Origin: Octopus sinensis
Lineage: Eukaryota
NCBI RefSeq assembly: GCF_006345805.1
Contig: NC_043021.1
Span: forward strand, 11,656,001-11,720,000
Reading direction: 5' to 3'
Length of the DNA: 64,000 nucleotides
Below are positions 25,255 through 39,478 of this stretch, piece after piece (position 1 is the stretch's first letter; each line of letters begins with the position of its first letter). The notes under the pieces are model-generated. The model worked only from the letters and a program-made list of their open reading frames with translations. It ran no database searches and was not told the origin of the DNA. Position numbers and translations under genes: made by a program.

Positions 25255-28200
25255 GTGAGTTATTCACTTTATTCTCTAAAGAGACAAAGAATCCTTTAGA
25301 CTTTGTCTTACATCAACAACAGTTGTTGTTGTTGTTGGTGTTGTTGCTTAGCTCCAGTTTAGCCCTGATTCAATAAATGCTGTATGATCTTTCTCTCTCT
25401 CTCAAGATTATAAGATCTTTGTTCTTACTCTTTCTCTCTCTTTCACTCTTTCTTTCCCTCTGTCTCTCAAGCTTCTAAGACCTTTATTCTTAGTCTCTCT
25501 CTCTTTCTCTCTCTCTCTCTCCCTTTTTTCACTCTCTCCCTCCCTTTTTTCTCTCTCTCTCTCTTTTAAAGATCTTAAGATCTTTATCACTCCTTTTCTC
25601 TTTCCCTTTCTCACTCCCTGCCTCTCTTAACCTTTCAATCCCTGTCACCCCACCTCTCTCTCTCATTCCCTTTCTCTTGTCCTCTCTCTCAAGACCCTAA
25701 AATCTCTCTTCTTACTCTCCCCTTCTTTGCTCTCCTTTTCTCCCTTTGCTCAACTATTTGTTACTCCAGTTCTTCATGAAATGACAGGCACAAGAAACCC
25801 TGTCTTGAAGTAAGCGTTCAGTAAATACCTTACAAAGAAAGGCATTCTTGCCATGGCCACCCTATATCTATGTAGGTTAGTCATGGGCAGACTGTAGTCT
25901 GCAAGACTTTCTGAATGGCACACCTAACACAAAAATCTCCTCCAAGTTTTTTAGTAGTGTGGCCTGCCTGGTGAGCTACATCTTGTGTGCTTTGTTTCTT
26001 GATAAAGGTTGCCCTTGCCTAATCAAGTTCTTTGGGTGCCTTTAAAGGAGTCCACTTTGTTGCAAACACTCAGCCCAGGTCTGAAGGATATTGTTCTCTC
26101 TTCCTCTCGCCAATGAAATTTCATTCTGTTTGTTCCAGATCCTAGCTTAGTATCTATCATATGGCATAGTGGTTAAGAGTGTAGGCTATTAACCCCAAGA
26201 TTCCGAGTTCAATTCTAGGCAGAGACCTGAATAATGATAATAATAAAAACATCAAAAAATGAGAACCCAGGTTTGAAATTCCACCAGGACACCTGATGAA
26301 GGCTGGAGGGGGTACATCAGTCAAAACGTGTTAACAACAAACAAGATGATAAATATCCGTCAAATGTAAATAATGTACATAATTCCCCATCTCTTAAATA
26401 TAGAACTGTATCAGCAACATACCTCAGGAATGAGAACAGTGTTTCCTTTTAGTCAAATAAAGGGCTGGCTTTGAAATTCCACCAGGACACCTGATGGAGG
26501 CTGGAGAGTACACCAGCCGAAATGTTGTGATAACAACAAACAAGATGGGACAAATATCCGTCAAATGTAAATAATGTAGTATCTACCTACCTCTCTCCCA
26601 CCCTCATAAACTTACTCATACCACTTATATTTACCTTTCTCGAATTTGAGGGTAGCCCATGACACATTTCCCCCCCCATCTTCTTTCTATTTCAGCTGGG
26701 GTAATCCTAAATCTCCATACAGCAAGACGCCTGTCTCTGTCCGTCTTATCATACTTTAACCTTTCGTCACCTAGCATAAAATCACTCCCTCAATAACCCT
26801 TCTCTGTCAGTTGAAGGGGCCCTTGGCTTGCATTCGACTTGTTGACTGCATTAGTACCAATGTTATGTAAAAAGCACTTAATACACTGTGAAATGGTTGG
26901 CATTAGGAAGGGCATCTAGCCTTTCCAAACCATGCCAAAACAGACATTGGAGTATGGTGCAGTTGTGTGCCTCACCAGCTCCTGTTGAACCTTCCAACCC
27001 ATGTCAGCATAGAAGACATGTTAACCCTTTCATTACCAACCCGGCCAAAACCGGCTCTGGCTCTGTAGTATTAATGTCTTGTTTTCATAGGTTTTTCATT
27101 AAAATCTTCCACCAAACCTTAGTTGCAATTTATGTTCCTAACACTAGCTTAATGATAACTAAGTTATTTTACTAAATTCTTTGTTATATTTAACCCTTTT
27201 GATACCAACCTGGTTGAAACTGCCTCTGGCTCTGTAGTACAAATGTCTTGTTTTCATAAGTTTTGAATCAAAATCTTCCACCAAACCTTAGTCACAATTT
27301 ATGTTCCTAACACTAGCTTAATGATAACTAAGTTATTTTACTAAATTCCTTATTATATTTAAAATAATTGAAAGAAATGCAGAGCATCTCAAAATAAATA
27401 CAGTAACGAAAGGGTTAAATGATGATGACGACGACGATGATGAACTTTTATAACCGAAACAGATAGAACAATTGCAGGCACTTCTGAGACAGAACTCTTT
27501 ACCTTTGATTGCCTCGTTTCGCTTCACTTGTCTGTCAGTATGTCATGAGTTATCAGAGCATCTGCTTACCATGATAGATTGACATTTTATTCCAAAGGTG
27601 ATATCTCTCCATTTTTATTCCCCACTTTTTCCTTCTATCTTTTGTCTCTCTTTTCTATCCTGTATCTCTCTCTCTCTCTCTCTCTCTCTCTTTTCTCTCA
27701 GACTATCTTTTTGTCTGTTTCTGCTTCATTCTCTCCATTCCACCATTCCTCGTTGATGTTTGTTCTTTCTCTCTTCTTCTCCAATTCCACTTCTTCCCGT
27801 CTTTTATTTCTCAGTCTCATTTTCAGTTCCTTTGTCTCATTCTCTCTCTCTTCCTCTGTCTCTCTTTGATGTTTGTTCTTACTCTCTCCTTCTCTCTCTC
27901 TCTCTCCAACTACGTTTCCAGTTCTTCATGAAGCAACTGGCACAGGGGACCCGGAATTGGTACAGTTAGCTCTGAAATACAGAGACTATCAGCGCTACAG
28001 TAAACGGTCGGCTGGAATACCGGACTTACTGCAGAAGCTAAAAGAAGTAAGTATCATCATTCTTTTATTCCCTTTTTGGAATAGCATGAATGCCACAGAT
28101 GTATTATGAAGAAGAAACAGGATGAACTCCACATCATCCTGTTTCTTCTTCAGAATACATTTATAGCATTATCATGACTCCCATATTTGATAACTCTTGG

Positions 28201-31200
28201 TAGTTATGATGATGTCATAGATTTGATGGCATATAAAATGCACTTATTTTTTTAAAAATTGCTTCAAAAACTGCCCAGGGCCTTATGTGCAATGTTGGCC
28301 CTCCCATAAGCTTTAATGTGCTAAAAACAATTTTTTCTTGACTATGTGCTACTGAAATTGGGATGCATCTAATATGCCTATGCGTCTTTTATACCATCAA
28401 GTACAATATGAGGGTGTGTTGGAAAGTTCCTGGCTTTAAGGGTATCACAAAAGGCCTAGTTGGAGGCCCAACCTTCCAAGTTCTTTTACAAGGCTTATAA
28501 AAACTCAAGGACCACTACAATAAGTGTGCGAATGTGAGAGGGAGGAATATGTTGAGTAAAATCATAATTAACTGATCCTCCTCTATTTTCTTTTATCCAA
28601 AGCCAGGAACTTTTCAACACCACCTCGTATATAGGTGGCTCGATGGTAAAATTAATTGCAATTAATTTATTGCGATTAGTCTTTGGGACAGCTATCTTCC
28701 CACCCTGAGTAAGCGCTGACTCTGTCCAAAGCTCAAGCAAGACTCACCAGGATGCACTTCTCCCAAATATAAATCTTCATGTAGAAATCTTTTGGACTGC
28801 AGCGAAAGGAAAGCCATCTGGCTGATAGGCAAGGATTTTCTCATCAACAAACTCCGATCTGTAACCCACAGTCATGTTGGGTTTCTCCCTGTGGCTCTTC
28901 TACTGCTACTACATTGGCTCCTGCTCCATTAGAGCTAGCTAATTATATAGCACTTCACTTGTACCTCATCTCGCTCTACCTCTTGTCGCCCATTCTCTGT
29001 CTGTTCTTCCAGGCCCTGTGTCCATCATCCTGCCCAATTCTTCCTTCCTTTCTCAGAATGTCAGGTCTATGAAATTGTTGTTCTGTGCATATTTCCCCAC
29101 GGATATCAACTCACAACTGTCAAATTGAGCATCAACTGCGTCAGTCTTGCCAGTCCTGGAGGGTCTGTGCATGCCTCAAATGTCTTGGAGTACAATCACT
29201 TTCTCCTGATTAAAACCTGCGTGTGTGGGCAGCCACGACTGTGGTAGGAAGTTTGCTTCAGGTTCAATCTCACTGCGTGGTACCTTGGGCGAAGTGTCTT
29301 CTTCTAAAGCATATTAGTGAAGTGATACACAAGATTGGACAGGGTGTGAGGTGTGTGGGCAGGGAAATTTGCGAGAGTGTGAAAGGAGAGTGTGGAGATG
29401 GTGGGGAGGGTAACGCTGTGCATGGACACCCGTAAAAAGCACCCACTACACTCACGGAGTGGTTGGCGTTAGGAAGGGCATCCAGCCGTAGAAACACTGC
29501 CAGATCAGACTGGAGCCTGGTGCAGCCTTCTGGCTTCCCAGATCCCAGTCGAACCGTCCAACCTATGCTAGCATGGAAAACTGACGTTAAACGATGATGA
29601 TGATGACACAGGTTTTATAAAACAGTTTGGTAAGTCCAATTGCTGCAAGGAGCGAAGGCTCCAGTAATCTGGTCCATTGCATTTCGTCTGGAAATTTCTT
29701 CCTATTGTTTAGCCAGTCTACAACACTTGGCATTTTATTGTTTTATTTTGTTAATGTTTTGTTTTTCTTATAGTGCAGTCATTGACCTTCTCCAACTAAA
29801 ATTAAATATTCAGTTTCTGTCTTTTATTCCAAAGCTGTTCAGCCATTGTTGGCTTACATATCAGCTCACTTCCTCTCTGTCCTCGTGGTAATTTAGCACA
29901 GATAGGTGGTTTTTGTTGTTGTTGTTTTTAATGTTTTACATTTTGTTGTTTTAGTTTTTGGAAGCTTTCTACTATGTTTTTGCTCGTCCCCGTTTTTAAT
30001 TTTTGTTTTTGTTATTGTAAGCATTGTGTGTACATGAATGGGGTGATATTTTTTTCCTTGTAATGTCACCTTGTCCATCACCTTTGAGGAAAATACATCA
30101 TCACCATTATCATTATTATGGGCCGATAATTAGCAGAATCGATCATTAGCATGCCAGACAAAATGCTTAGTGGCACTTCTTCCAGATTTGCATTGGGCTT
30201 AAATTCTTCCCAGAGCAACATTGCCTTTCGTCCTTTCAGAATCGATAAAGTATTCTTTTCTACTCTAGGCACAAGGCCCGAAGTTTTGTGGAGGAGGGGG
30301 GGGGGCACTCGATTAGATCATCCCCTGTATGCAACTGGTACTTAATTTATCGACCCCCAAAAGGATGAAAGGCAAAGTCAGGGTACTTAATTTATCAACC
30401 CTGAAAGGATGAAAGGCAAAGTTGGCCTTTACAGTTTTCGTACTCCAAATTCTTGCAGTTTCAAATTTTAAAGGATTGTATTCTTTTAATTTTTCATCCT
30501 CTTTCTTCGTTATCTCCGCCTTAGCAAAAGCTGAGGTATTGTTTTCAGTCGTGTTTGTTTGTTTGACCGTTGACAAGATACCTCAAGAACCACTGGGTGG
30601 ATTTAGATGAAACTTTCAGAGATGTTTAACCATGTGACTGGCACAAGCTGATTAGATTTTGGGATCAATCCAGTACTGGACAAGGATTCTGGATTATTTT
30701 TCCAGTTTTTGTTACTTAATTTTTGAGAGCAGTTGGGTTCATTTTTAGTATTCTCGTTTGTGAGAGCAGTCAAGTTTATTTCAGAGATTCTCATTTTAAA
30801 AATCATCTCCGGCTAATCATTGAGAGGACGCTGGTGTAGCCTTGGTGGAGGTTTGTGCTCTCTGAGTGCTCTTGTTATTTATATTTTTATTATCATCTTG
30901 ATTTAGTATTTAGTATTCTTGGTAGAATGTATATGGGTCACGGGTTACACCCTGTAACCTTAGATGTCCACATGATTTCAATAAGCCATCAAGTGCTCAA
31001 ACCACTTCTTATGATTGTTCCTGTTCCTAGGAGACAAACGTCCTGTAGAAGCTCTACTAGACATTCCAATCGAGTCTCCTTTTTCCACTTGTTTGTTCCG
31101 TGACTCACTGCATCAATTATATTGTGTAACAAAATTCTAATATTTTCTTTCTTTCTTTCTTTCTTTTTTTTTTTTGTCTTTGGTCAGTAAGTGTTGTTTC

Positions 31201-33415
31201 CTATTTGCTTCTATCTGGAAATCAAAGGAAATGACTAACTATTCCCTTCAAACATTGCTTTTGCGACCTTAGACATCAATGTTTTGAAACTGATCTATTT
31301 CCCATTACATTTCACACAGATTCAACATTGAGCTGCTGAAGCAGAAATATCATTATAGCAAATATTCTGCTCAATATCACAGATTTGCTTGTCAACTGGT
31401 TGACCTTAATCACTTGAGTATAAACCTTAGTGGCTGACAATATGTGCATCTCTGATGATGAGCAGAAGTAGTGGGGGAGCATCATAGCCACGTTTTGAGA
31501 GAAATTCTTTGGGGTTTGAATAAATGTAACAAGAACATAGTTTGAAGGAAATATTAGCCCATTTTTCATAGTTTCTAGGGGTAATCAAACAAGAAATAAC
31601 AGCTGCTGCCCAAGGACAAAAATCATGTTACACAGTGTTATGACCAGTACAATCTTTACAGATTTCATGTTCCGAATCTTTACAAATTTTAAGAGGTTAT
31701 AGTTTTTCAACTTTTTCTGTTTTTTTTTTTTTTTCACAATCCCGGTATTTAATGGGCATGATGGATCAATCACTAAGCAAATTTGATGTTCTTTTGTCTA
31801 TTACTGTTATATCTGGTTTATTATATTCCATCTTCTTAACTATTTGAATTATTATTATCATCATTATTATTATTATTATTATTATTATCATCATCATCAA
31901 CTTCTTCAAGTTCGCTTAAAGAGGAAAATAAGGGTGGTGAGGGAAGTGTTGCCTTGTAGCTATTTTGTTAAAAGGTGGATGAGAACGGCAAGAATGGTGC
32001 GAGTGAATAGGCCTGCCCTGAGCACACACCTCAGATGAGGAACTGAGGAAAGGCACCTGGCCCACAAGTCAGGGCGTCTGTGGTTTCAATGGGTTCATCC
32101 ATGGGCAACCCTTGAACATCTCTCTATTGAGGATTATACATTGTTAAAATTGTTTTTTTCTTTTTTCTTTTTTTTCCCCCCCATTCAACCTGTTTACACA
32201 CAAAACCCTTACAACATAGACATATACATGCCCTCTACCGTCCATAATGTTTTTCTTGATGTAAACCTTTTATGATCAATGAAGAAATCACCATAATTAT
32301 TATTATTATTATTATTTTTATTCTATGTTTGACTTTTGCTTTATATTTGTACAAGTTGGCTCCAAGTCTCACCCAGAGATCTCAAGAGACAACATGTTGG
32401 AAGTTCATGTTGTTATGCCTAGTGTGCCATATATTTGGTTTTGTATTTAGTGTTGTACTAGTGAATGTCTAAAAAAAAAAACATACGAAAATTATGTTTG
32501 TTTTATTATTATTATTATTATTATCTATTATTATTACAGTCCCCTGACTTCTATGTTGAAATGAAATGGGAATTTACAAGCTGGGGTAAGTACCTTCTTA
32601 TGATTATTGTTCTAATATTTTTCCTGTGTTGTAAAGGTCAGTCTATTGGCAAACGTCCTGCTGGAGCAGTACACTAAATGGCAGCATTCATTTCTATCCA
32701 TCCAGCTTTTCCTTTTTAGATATAGATTTCCATCCATGGCAATGCCAGTTGATACACTCGACTGCAACAGTAGTAAGACACAGAGCAGGTCTCTACATGT
32801 ATATTCTTACCTTGTAGAAGTAGCAGCTAAATCCCTTGTCTCAAATGATAGTCTTTAACAAAAAATACCATCAAAGTGATGCTGGGATAAAAGTGTACAA
32901 AGCCCAATATACCCATCATGACTATCCATCTGATAAAGGTACACCAGGCACATGCATCACAACCATATGTGCATGACGTAGTGACCTCGTCTCAAGATAA
33001 ACGGTGCATGACCTTCCAGGTGGGGGCCTAGTTTGAATTTTCTTTAGGTCAAGTAGCCCATTGTGCTCAAAAGCTCCCTGAATAAGGGCTGTTTAAGGAT
33101 GATGAGCGAACTGCCCATGTTTCCAGAGGTGTATTACTAAAAACCCGAATAATTCCTCTCGACATATGGTTGTGTTGCTTCCCCACTACTCCTGCTATTG
33201 CATCAGGGCATGATGCTGTCCCATTACTCCTGCTTGGGATCAGAGATACACTTAGACACAGAAGTGGCTGTGTGGTAAGTAGCTTGTTTCCCAACCACAT
33301 GGTTCTGGGTTCAGTCCCACTGCATGGCACCTTGGGCAAGTGTCTTCTACTATAGCCTCAGGCCGACCAAAGCCTCGTGAGTGAATTTGGTAGACGGAAA
33401 CTGAAAGAAGCCCAT

Positions 33416-33452
<37 letters not shown>

Positions 33453-36400
33453 GTATGTGTTTGTGTGTCTGTGTTTATCACTTGACAACCAATGCTGGTG
33501 TGTCTACATCCCCATAATTTAGTGGTTCAGCAAAAGAGACCAATAGAATAAGTACTAGACAAAGAATAAGTCCTGGGGTTGATTTGCTCAACTAAAGGCG
33601 GTGGTATTGAGCAGAATATTTGCTGTAGCCCATCTTTGACACCGAGCCTATGCATACGTAATAACATTTCCAATTAGTTAAGATCAGAAGCCACAAGAGC
33701 CACTGCCTGGTACTGCATCAGGGCCCAAGGCCATGAGCTGGCGGAACCGTTAGTATGCTGGACAAAGTGCTTATTGACATTTCTCCTGACTCTTTATATG
33801 CTGAGCTAAAATGATAAGATAAAGTACCAGTGAAGTACTGGAGTTGTTGAAATCAGCTGAACCCCTTCCCATTAAAATTATCGGTTTTGTGTCGAAACAT
33901 GAAACCATTATTGTTGTTATTATTACGATTAATAAATTCTGTTTTTTCTAATTATAATTAGTTCCGCTGGTATCTAGAGTGTGTCCAAGTGATGTATACA
34001 GAGTTTGGAAAAGTGGTAAGTAGTTTTTTTTTTTGTTTTATTAAGATTATCTTTTGAATCTTGAAAATAATTGTCAGTTCTAAGTCCTTTTCTATTTGTC
34101 ATATTTTGATCACTAACACACTTGAATTTAGTAACAGATGCTATCCAGGTTCAGTCCCACTGCATGGTACCTTGAGCAATTGTTTTCTTACTATAGTTGC
34201 CCCAGGCCTGCCAAAGCATTGTGAATGGAAACTCATTGCATATGTCTACATACAAGGTTGAATCAGAAAGGAATATAGTTTTTATTTGCATCACTTTCTG
34301 ATTCCCCCTCTAAGTACATCAACATCAAAATCAAAATCAAATGGATATTGTAGTTGTGATACCCGTGCCGGTGGCGCGTTGGGCCTCACAGAGGCAACGA
34401 CGAAAAACCGAGACCTGAGATGTACCATGTTTGTATGTATGGATGTGCATCTCTATATGTGTGGACCCATGTCTCCATATGTGTCCTTGTGTGGAGTAAA
34501 GTGTGTGTGTGTATATATGGTCATGTGTTTCAGTCTCCATTTGCGTATGTGTGCTTGTCTGTTCTTATAAATTATGTACCTATCCGTCTGTATGTTGATC
34601 TGTTGAACAATCGACATACCATAGATTCTGTGGCCTTTCTTCATTCCATCTTTCTCTTGTTCATGTATTTTCAGGCTCCAATGTACGTATTGACACAACA
34701 CTGCTGGGCTTTGACAGTATGAAATGGCAGAGAGGCAGCAGAAGTTATATTTTTAAAGGCAGATGTAAGCAGCAAATGATTCAGCTTCTATTATTTTTCT
34801 CACGTTTACCTCTCTATCTATCTGTCTGTCTGTCTCTCTATCTCCCTATCTGTCTGTCTCCTTATCTATCTACTTATCTCAGACATTGTGGTGATTTGCT
34901 GTACTTGAGAAGATTTGTCAAGCTAACTAAAATCGCTGTCATCCATACATACAGGCTGGTCCTTTACATGTGCTGGTGCCACATGAAAGAAAACCCAACA
35001 CCCTCTGTAAAGTGGTTGGTGTTAGGAAGGGCATCCAGTCGTGGAAATCATGTCACAAGAGACAATTGGAGTCTGGATAACTGGCCAGCTCCTGTCAAAC
35101 TGTCCAACCCATGCCAGCATGGAAACCGGAAATTAAACAACGATGATGATTATGATTTACTTATCTATCTATCCATCCATCCATCCATCCATCTATCCCC
35201 CTTCTCTTTCTCTCCTATTTTCTAGCATCTCTTTTTTTTTCTCTTCATTGGACATATTTACATGCAAAAAGCACCATCCGAATGTGGTCAATGCCAGGCC
35301 CGCCTGACTGGCTCCTGTGCCGGTGGCACGTAAAAAGCATCAACCGACTGTGGCTGATGCCAGTACCCACTGACTGGCTCTTGTGCTGGTGGCATGTAAA
35401 AAGCACCATCCGAACGTGATCGATACCAGGCCCACCTGACTGGCTCCTGTGCCAGTGGCACGTAAAAAGCACCCAGTACACTCTTGGAGTGGTTGGCGTT
35501 AGGAAGGGCATCCAGCTGTAGAAACATTGCCAGATGTTCTCAGATCCATATAAGATTTTTAGGGGTCCACACAAGCAAAATAAATTCTCAAATCCGTATA
35601 AGATTTTTAGGGTCCACACGAGCAAAATAAATTCTCAAATCCATAAGGATTTTTAGGGGTCCATATGAGCAAAATAAATTTTCAAGTCCATGAGATTTTT
35701 AGGGATCCACATGAGCAAAATAAATTCTCAAATCCATAAGGATTTTTAGGGGGTCAATATGAGCAAAATAAATTTTCAAATCCATGAGATTTTTAGGGTC
35801 CACAGGAGCAAAATAAATTCTCAAATCCATACAAGATTTTTAGGGATCCACCTGAGCAAAATAAATTCTCATATCCATATAAGATTTTTAGGGGTCCACC
35901 TGAGCAAAATAGTAAATTGAGTACCCACAGTAGTATATAAAGTATCCTTGAAAAAATGTTGCTTCTTTAGATGTATTTATTGCAAGAAACAACTTGGTTT
36001 CTTTCTCTGGTGTTTTACATAACCAAACCTACATGAGTGAATGTGTAAAAAAAACAAAATAGGAATTTTGAAAGAAGTATCTATAAAAGCAGTTTTTAAA
36101 CATCAAATGGCCAAGAGGATGAAATAGTAATCAAAGGGGTCCATAGGTAAAGATTGGTTTTGAACCACTGGTCTGTCCCTTTGCATCTCCTACTGAGATC
36201 ATTTCTCTTCTTCCTTCTCTCTCTCCTTCTAAATGCGAGTAGCCTTGGAGACCCTCCACAAGAACTTGCTCTGACCACCCTCCACGTCTCTCATACTTTA
36301 ACCCCTTGTCTCCCTTGAACAGTGAGATGTCAATTTACCTGGAAAGAAACAATGCAAAGTACTAACGAGAAGAGTTGAAATTCATGCGTTCAAGATTTCT

Positions 36401-36696
36401 CAGCCCTAGCATCACTCCTTCACAGTCAGCCTATGAACTTTTCAGCCCACCCTCATATAATAAAAAAAAAAAAAGAGATTCATAACAAGCTAGCAAAATA
36501 TGACATGGTGTCTTCTTGTCTGCTAGTCATGTGACATATCGTCTGCTTAGTATATCAGTGCAAAGTCTGTCTCTCCCTCTCTCTCTCCCTCCTGTTCTGT
36601 CTCTTGTTCTCTCTCTTCCCCCTCTTTCTCCCTCTCTCACTTCAGTGACATTTCTTCCTTCTTTCAGCTCTTCTTTGTTCTATCCTCCCTCCCTCC

Positions 36697-36743
<47 letters not shown>

Positions 36744-36916
36744 GCTTCTGAACACTCTTTCACCCATTCAGAAGCTCTCGCACATGCCCACGCTCAAACA
36801 TATGCACACACACAGAACACACATACGTGCACACACATCCCCACACTCAAACCTGCATGTGCACACACTCAATATGTGTGCGCATGCATGCACACACATC
36901 CCCACATTCAAGCATG

Positions 36917-36961
<45 letters not shown>

Positions 36962-37808
36962 CACACATATGCACACACTCAAAAATGCACGCACCCAAAC
37001 CTGTATGCACTTATACATGCACACACTCAAATACATGCACAAACACACACCCACATAAATCCTATTTTGTCACAACTGTCACCTTCAATGTTTCCCCCTT
37101 TGTTTGACCCCTGTCTCTTCCCTGTTTAACCTCTGACACAGGTCAAACTGCAACAGTGATGGAAGTTGATCATGACAACCAGGAAGTCTATTCAGAAACC
37201 ATACAAATTCAGCAGATGCCACTCATGTCCTCCATCCTTGAGCCGACTGCAGAGGAAGTTGCCGCTCGACTTACCTCTCCCATCATGACCACTTTTATAG
37301 ACACCGATAAAATAGCTTTTGAAAGGTACGTATGAGTCCCCATCTTTATCACATTCACTTGCATGTCATTGATGAATTTAGTACAAAGAGACTGTGTGGA
37401 GGCCTGACATATCTGTCTATCTATCTGTGTTTCTCTTTGTGTTTCTCCTCCCCCCCCAACTGACAACCAGTGTTAGTTTGTTTATGTCCCACCATAACTT
37501 AGTAGTTTGATAAAAGAGGCCAGTAGAATTACAATAACAATTTACAAGTCCCTTAACCCCTTGGGAGTCATTGGGGTCCTGCAGTCATGTAGGATATATT
37601 GGGTGAGGAAACCTGGCAGAGCCCAATCCTCTCCAGGCTAAACTCATTTTTGCCATCTGAATGGCTTGGAGCAACATGAAATGAAGTGTTTTGCTCAAGA
37701 ACACAATGCATCGCCTGGTCCAGGAACCAAAACCACAATCTTATGATCATGAGTCCAACATCGGTTGTCGGGCAATGTTGGAGGGACAAACACAGACACA
37801 CAAACATG

Positions 37809-37840
<32 letters not shown>

Positions 37841-39318
37841 TATATACGACAGGCTTCTTTCAGTTTCCGTCTACCAAATCCACTCACAAGGCTTTGGTCG
37901 GCCAGAGGCTATAGTAGAAGACACTTGCCCAAGGTGCCACACAGTGGGAATGAACCCGGAACCATGTGGTTGGTAAGCAAGCTACTTACCACACAGCCAC
38001 TCCTGCGCCTTCAGTAAATTTCAGTGAAATGTCTTTAAAAGCCAAAATATGTCGCAAATTTATTTGAACCAACCTAAAGTGTGTGTGTGTATTGGTGTCC
38101 TTCCATACAGGCATGTCCACTGCATCCCTCTTCAGCTGAGTGTTTCTAATTTTGCAGGCTCCTGGGGGCTAGCACCATGTGAAAAGCACCTGTGCCAATG
38201 CTGTGTAAAAGCACCTAGTACACTCTGTAATGTGGTTGGCATTAGGAAGGGCATCCAGCTGCAAAAACCATGCCAAAACAGACATGGAGCTTGGGCAGCT
38301 CTCTAGCTGATCAGCTCTCCAGCTGAGCAGCTCTCTAGCTGACCAGCTCCTGTCAAACCATCCAACCCATGCCAGTCTGGAAAATGGATGTTAAATGATA
38401 ATGATAATGTGTGTGTGTATGTATATACATCTGGGTAATGCTAACTGGTCACAAGATGGTGTTTGGTCCTACCTGGCTGGGTTACCTGGGTGAAGGTGTC
38501 TGATGTTGAAAGATCCAAAACACGTAATGACCCCACCAACCCCAGGAGACATTGATAATGATGTATAGAATAAGTGATGTAGTTTTAAGTTTCTCTCTCT
38601 TCCACATCCCCTTACTATATCATGTCTTACATCTTATTTCACTTCATTTTTGTTTTCAACAGGAACAAGTCAGGTATATGGGGTTGGCGAAGTGATAGAT
38701 CTGAGGTTATCAACGGATACGAAAGCAAGGTAAGATTTCAAAGGTGTTCTTTTCTCAGGTGTGGAAAGGAGGTGTGGCTTCTGAGAAACATAGTAGCCAG
38801 ACTGAAAACATGGTTGGTAAAATTCCAGCAACTTTAATAATTTTCAATCCTGTGTTTAAAACTTTAAAAATTCGGTAGTTTTACATATCCAATTAGGGAA
38901 GTTTGCTAATCAGTTTGGAAACCTCATTTTAAAGTTACTGGTTGTTGACAAATTTTTGTGCCTTGTAAGAATAATTTACCCAATGATTCTGCTGTTCTAA
39001 CGGTGTCTCTGCATTCAAAAATAAATTATCATCTTCTTTGTATCTATATACACATTTCATTGCTTATAAAAAAACAAATGTTAGTTTATATATATATATA
39101 TAAATAGGCGGCGAGCTGGCAGAAACGTTAGCACGGCGGGCGAAATGCGTTACCGTATTTCGTCTGCCGTTACGTTCCGAGTTCAAATTCCGCCGAGGTC
39201 GACTTTGCCTTTCATCCTTCCGGGGTCGATAAATTAAGTACCAGTTACGCACTGGGGTCGATGTAATCAACTTAATCTGTTTGTCTCCTCTGTGTTTAGC
39301 CCCTTGTGGGTAGTAAAG

Positions 39319-39363
<45 letters not shown>

Positions 39364-39430
39364 CTTACACACACACACATAATGTATATAAATTATATAT
39401 TTTACACATGCATGTATATTGTATAAAAAG

Positions 39431-39478
<48 letters not shown>

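Noticed and set aside
31900-32150. Possible L1/Tx1-type LINE 3' end ([12 protein letters not shown]...FVKRW)
   Set aside because: Too short to assign without a search.
35537-35910. CRISPR-like regular array
   Set aside because: Contiguous tandem units without unique spacers, no cas genes, eukaryotic intron.
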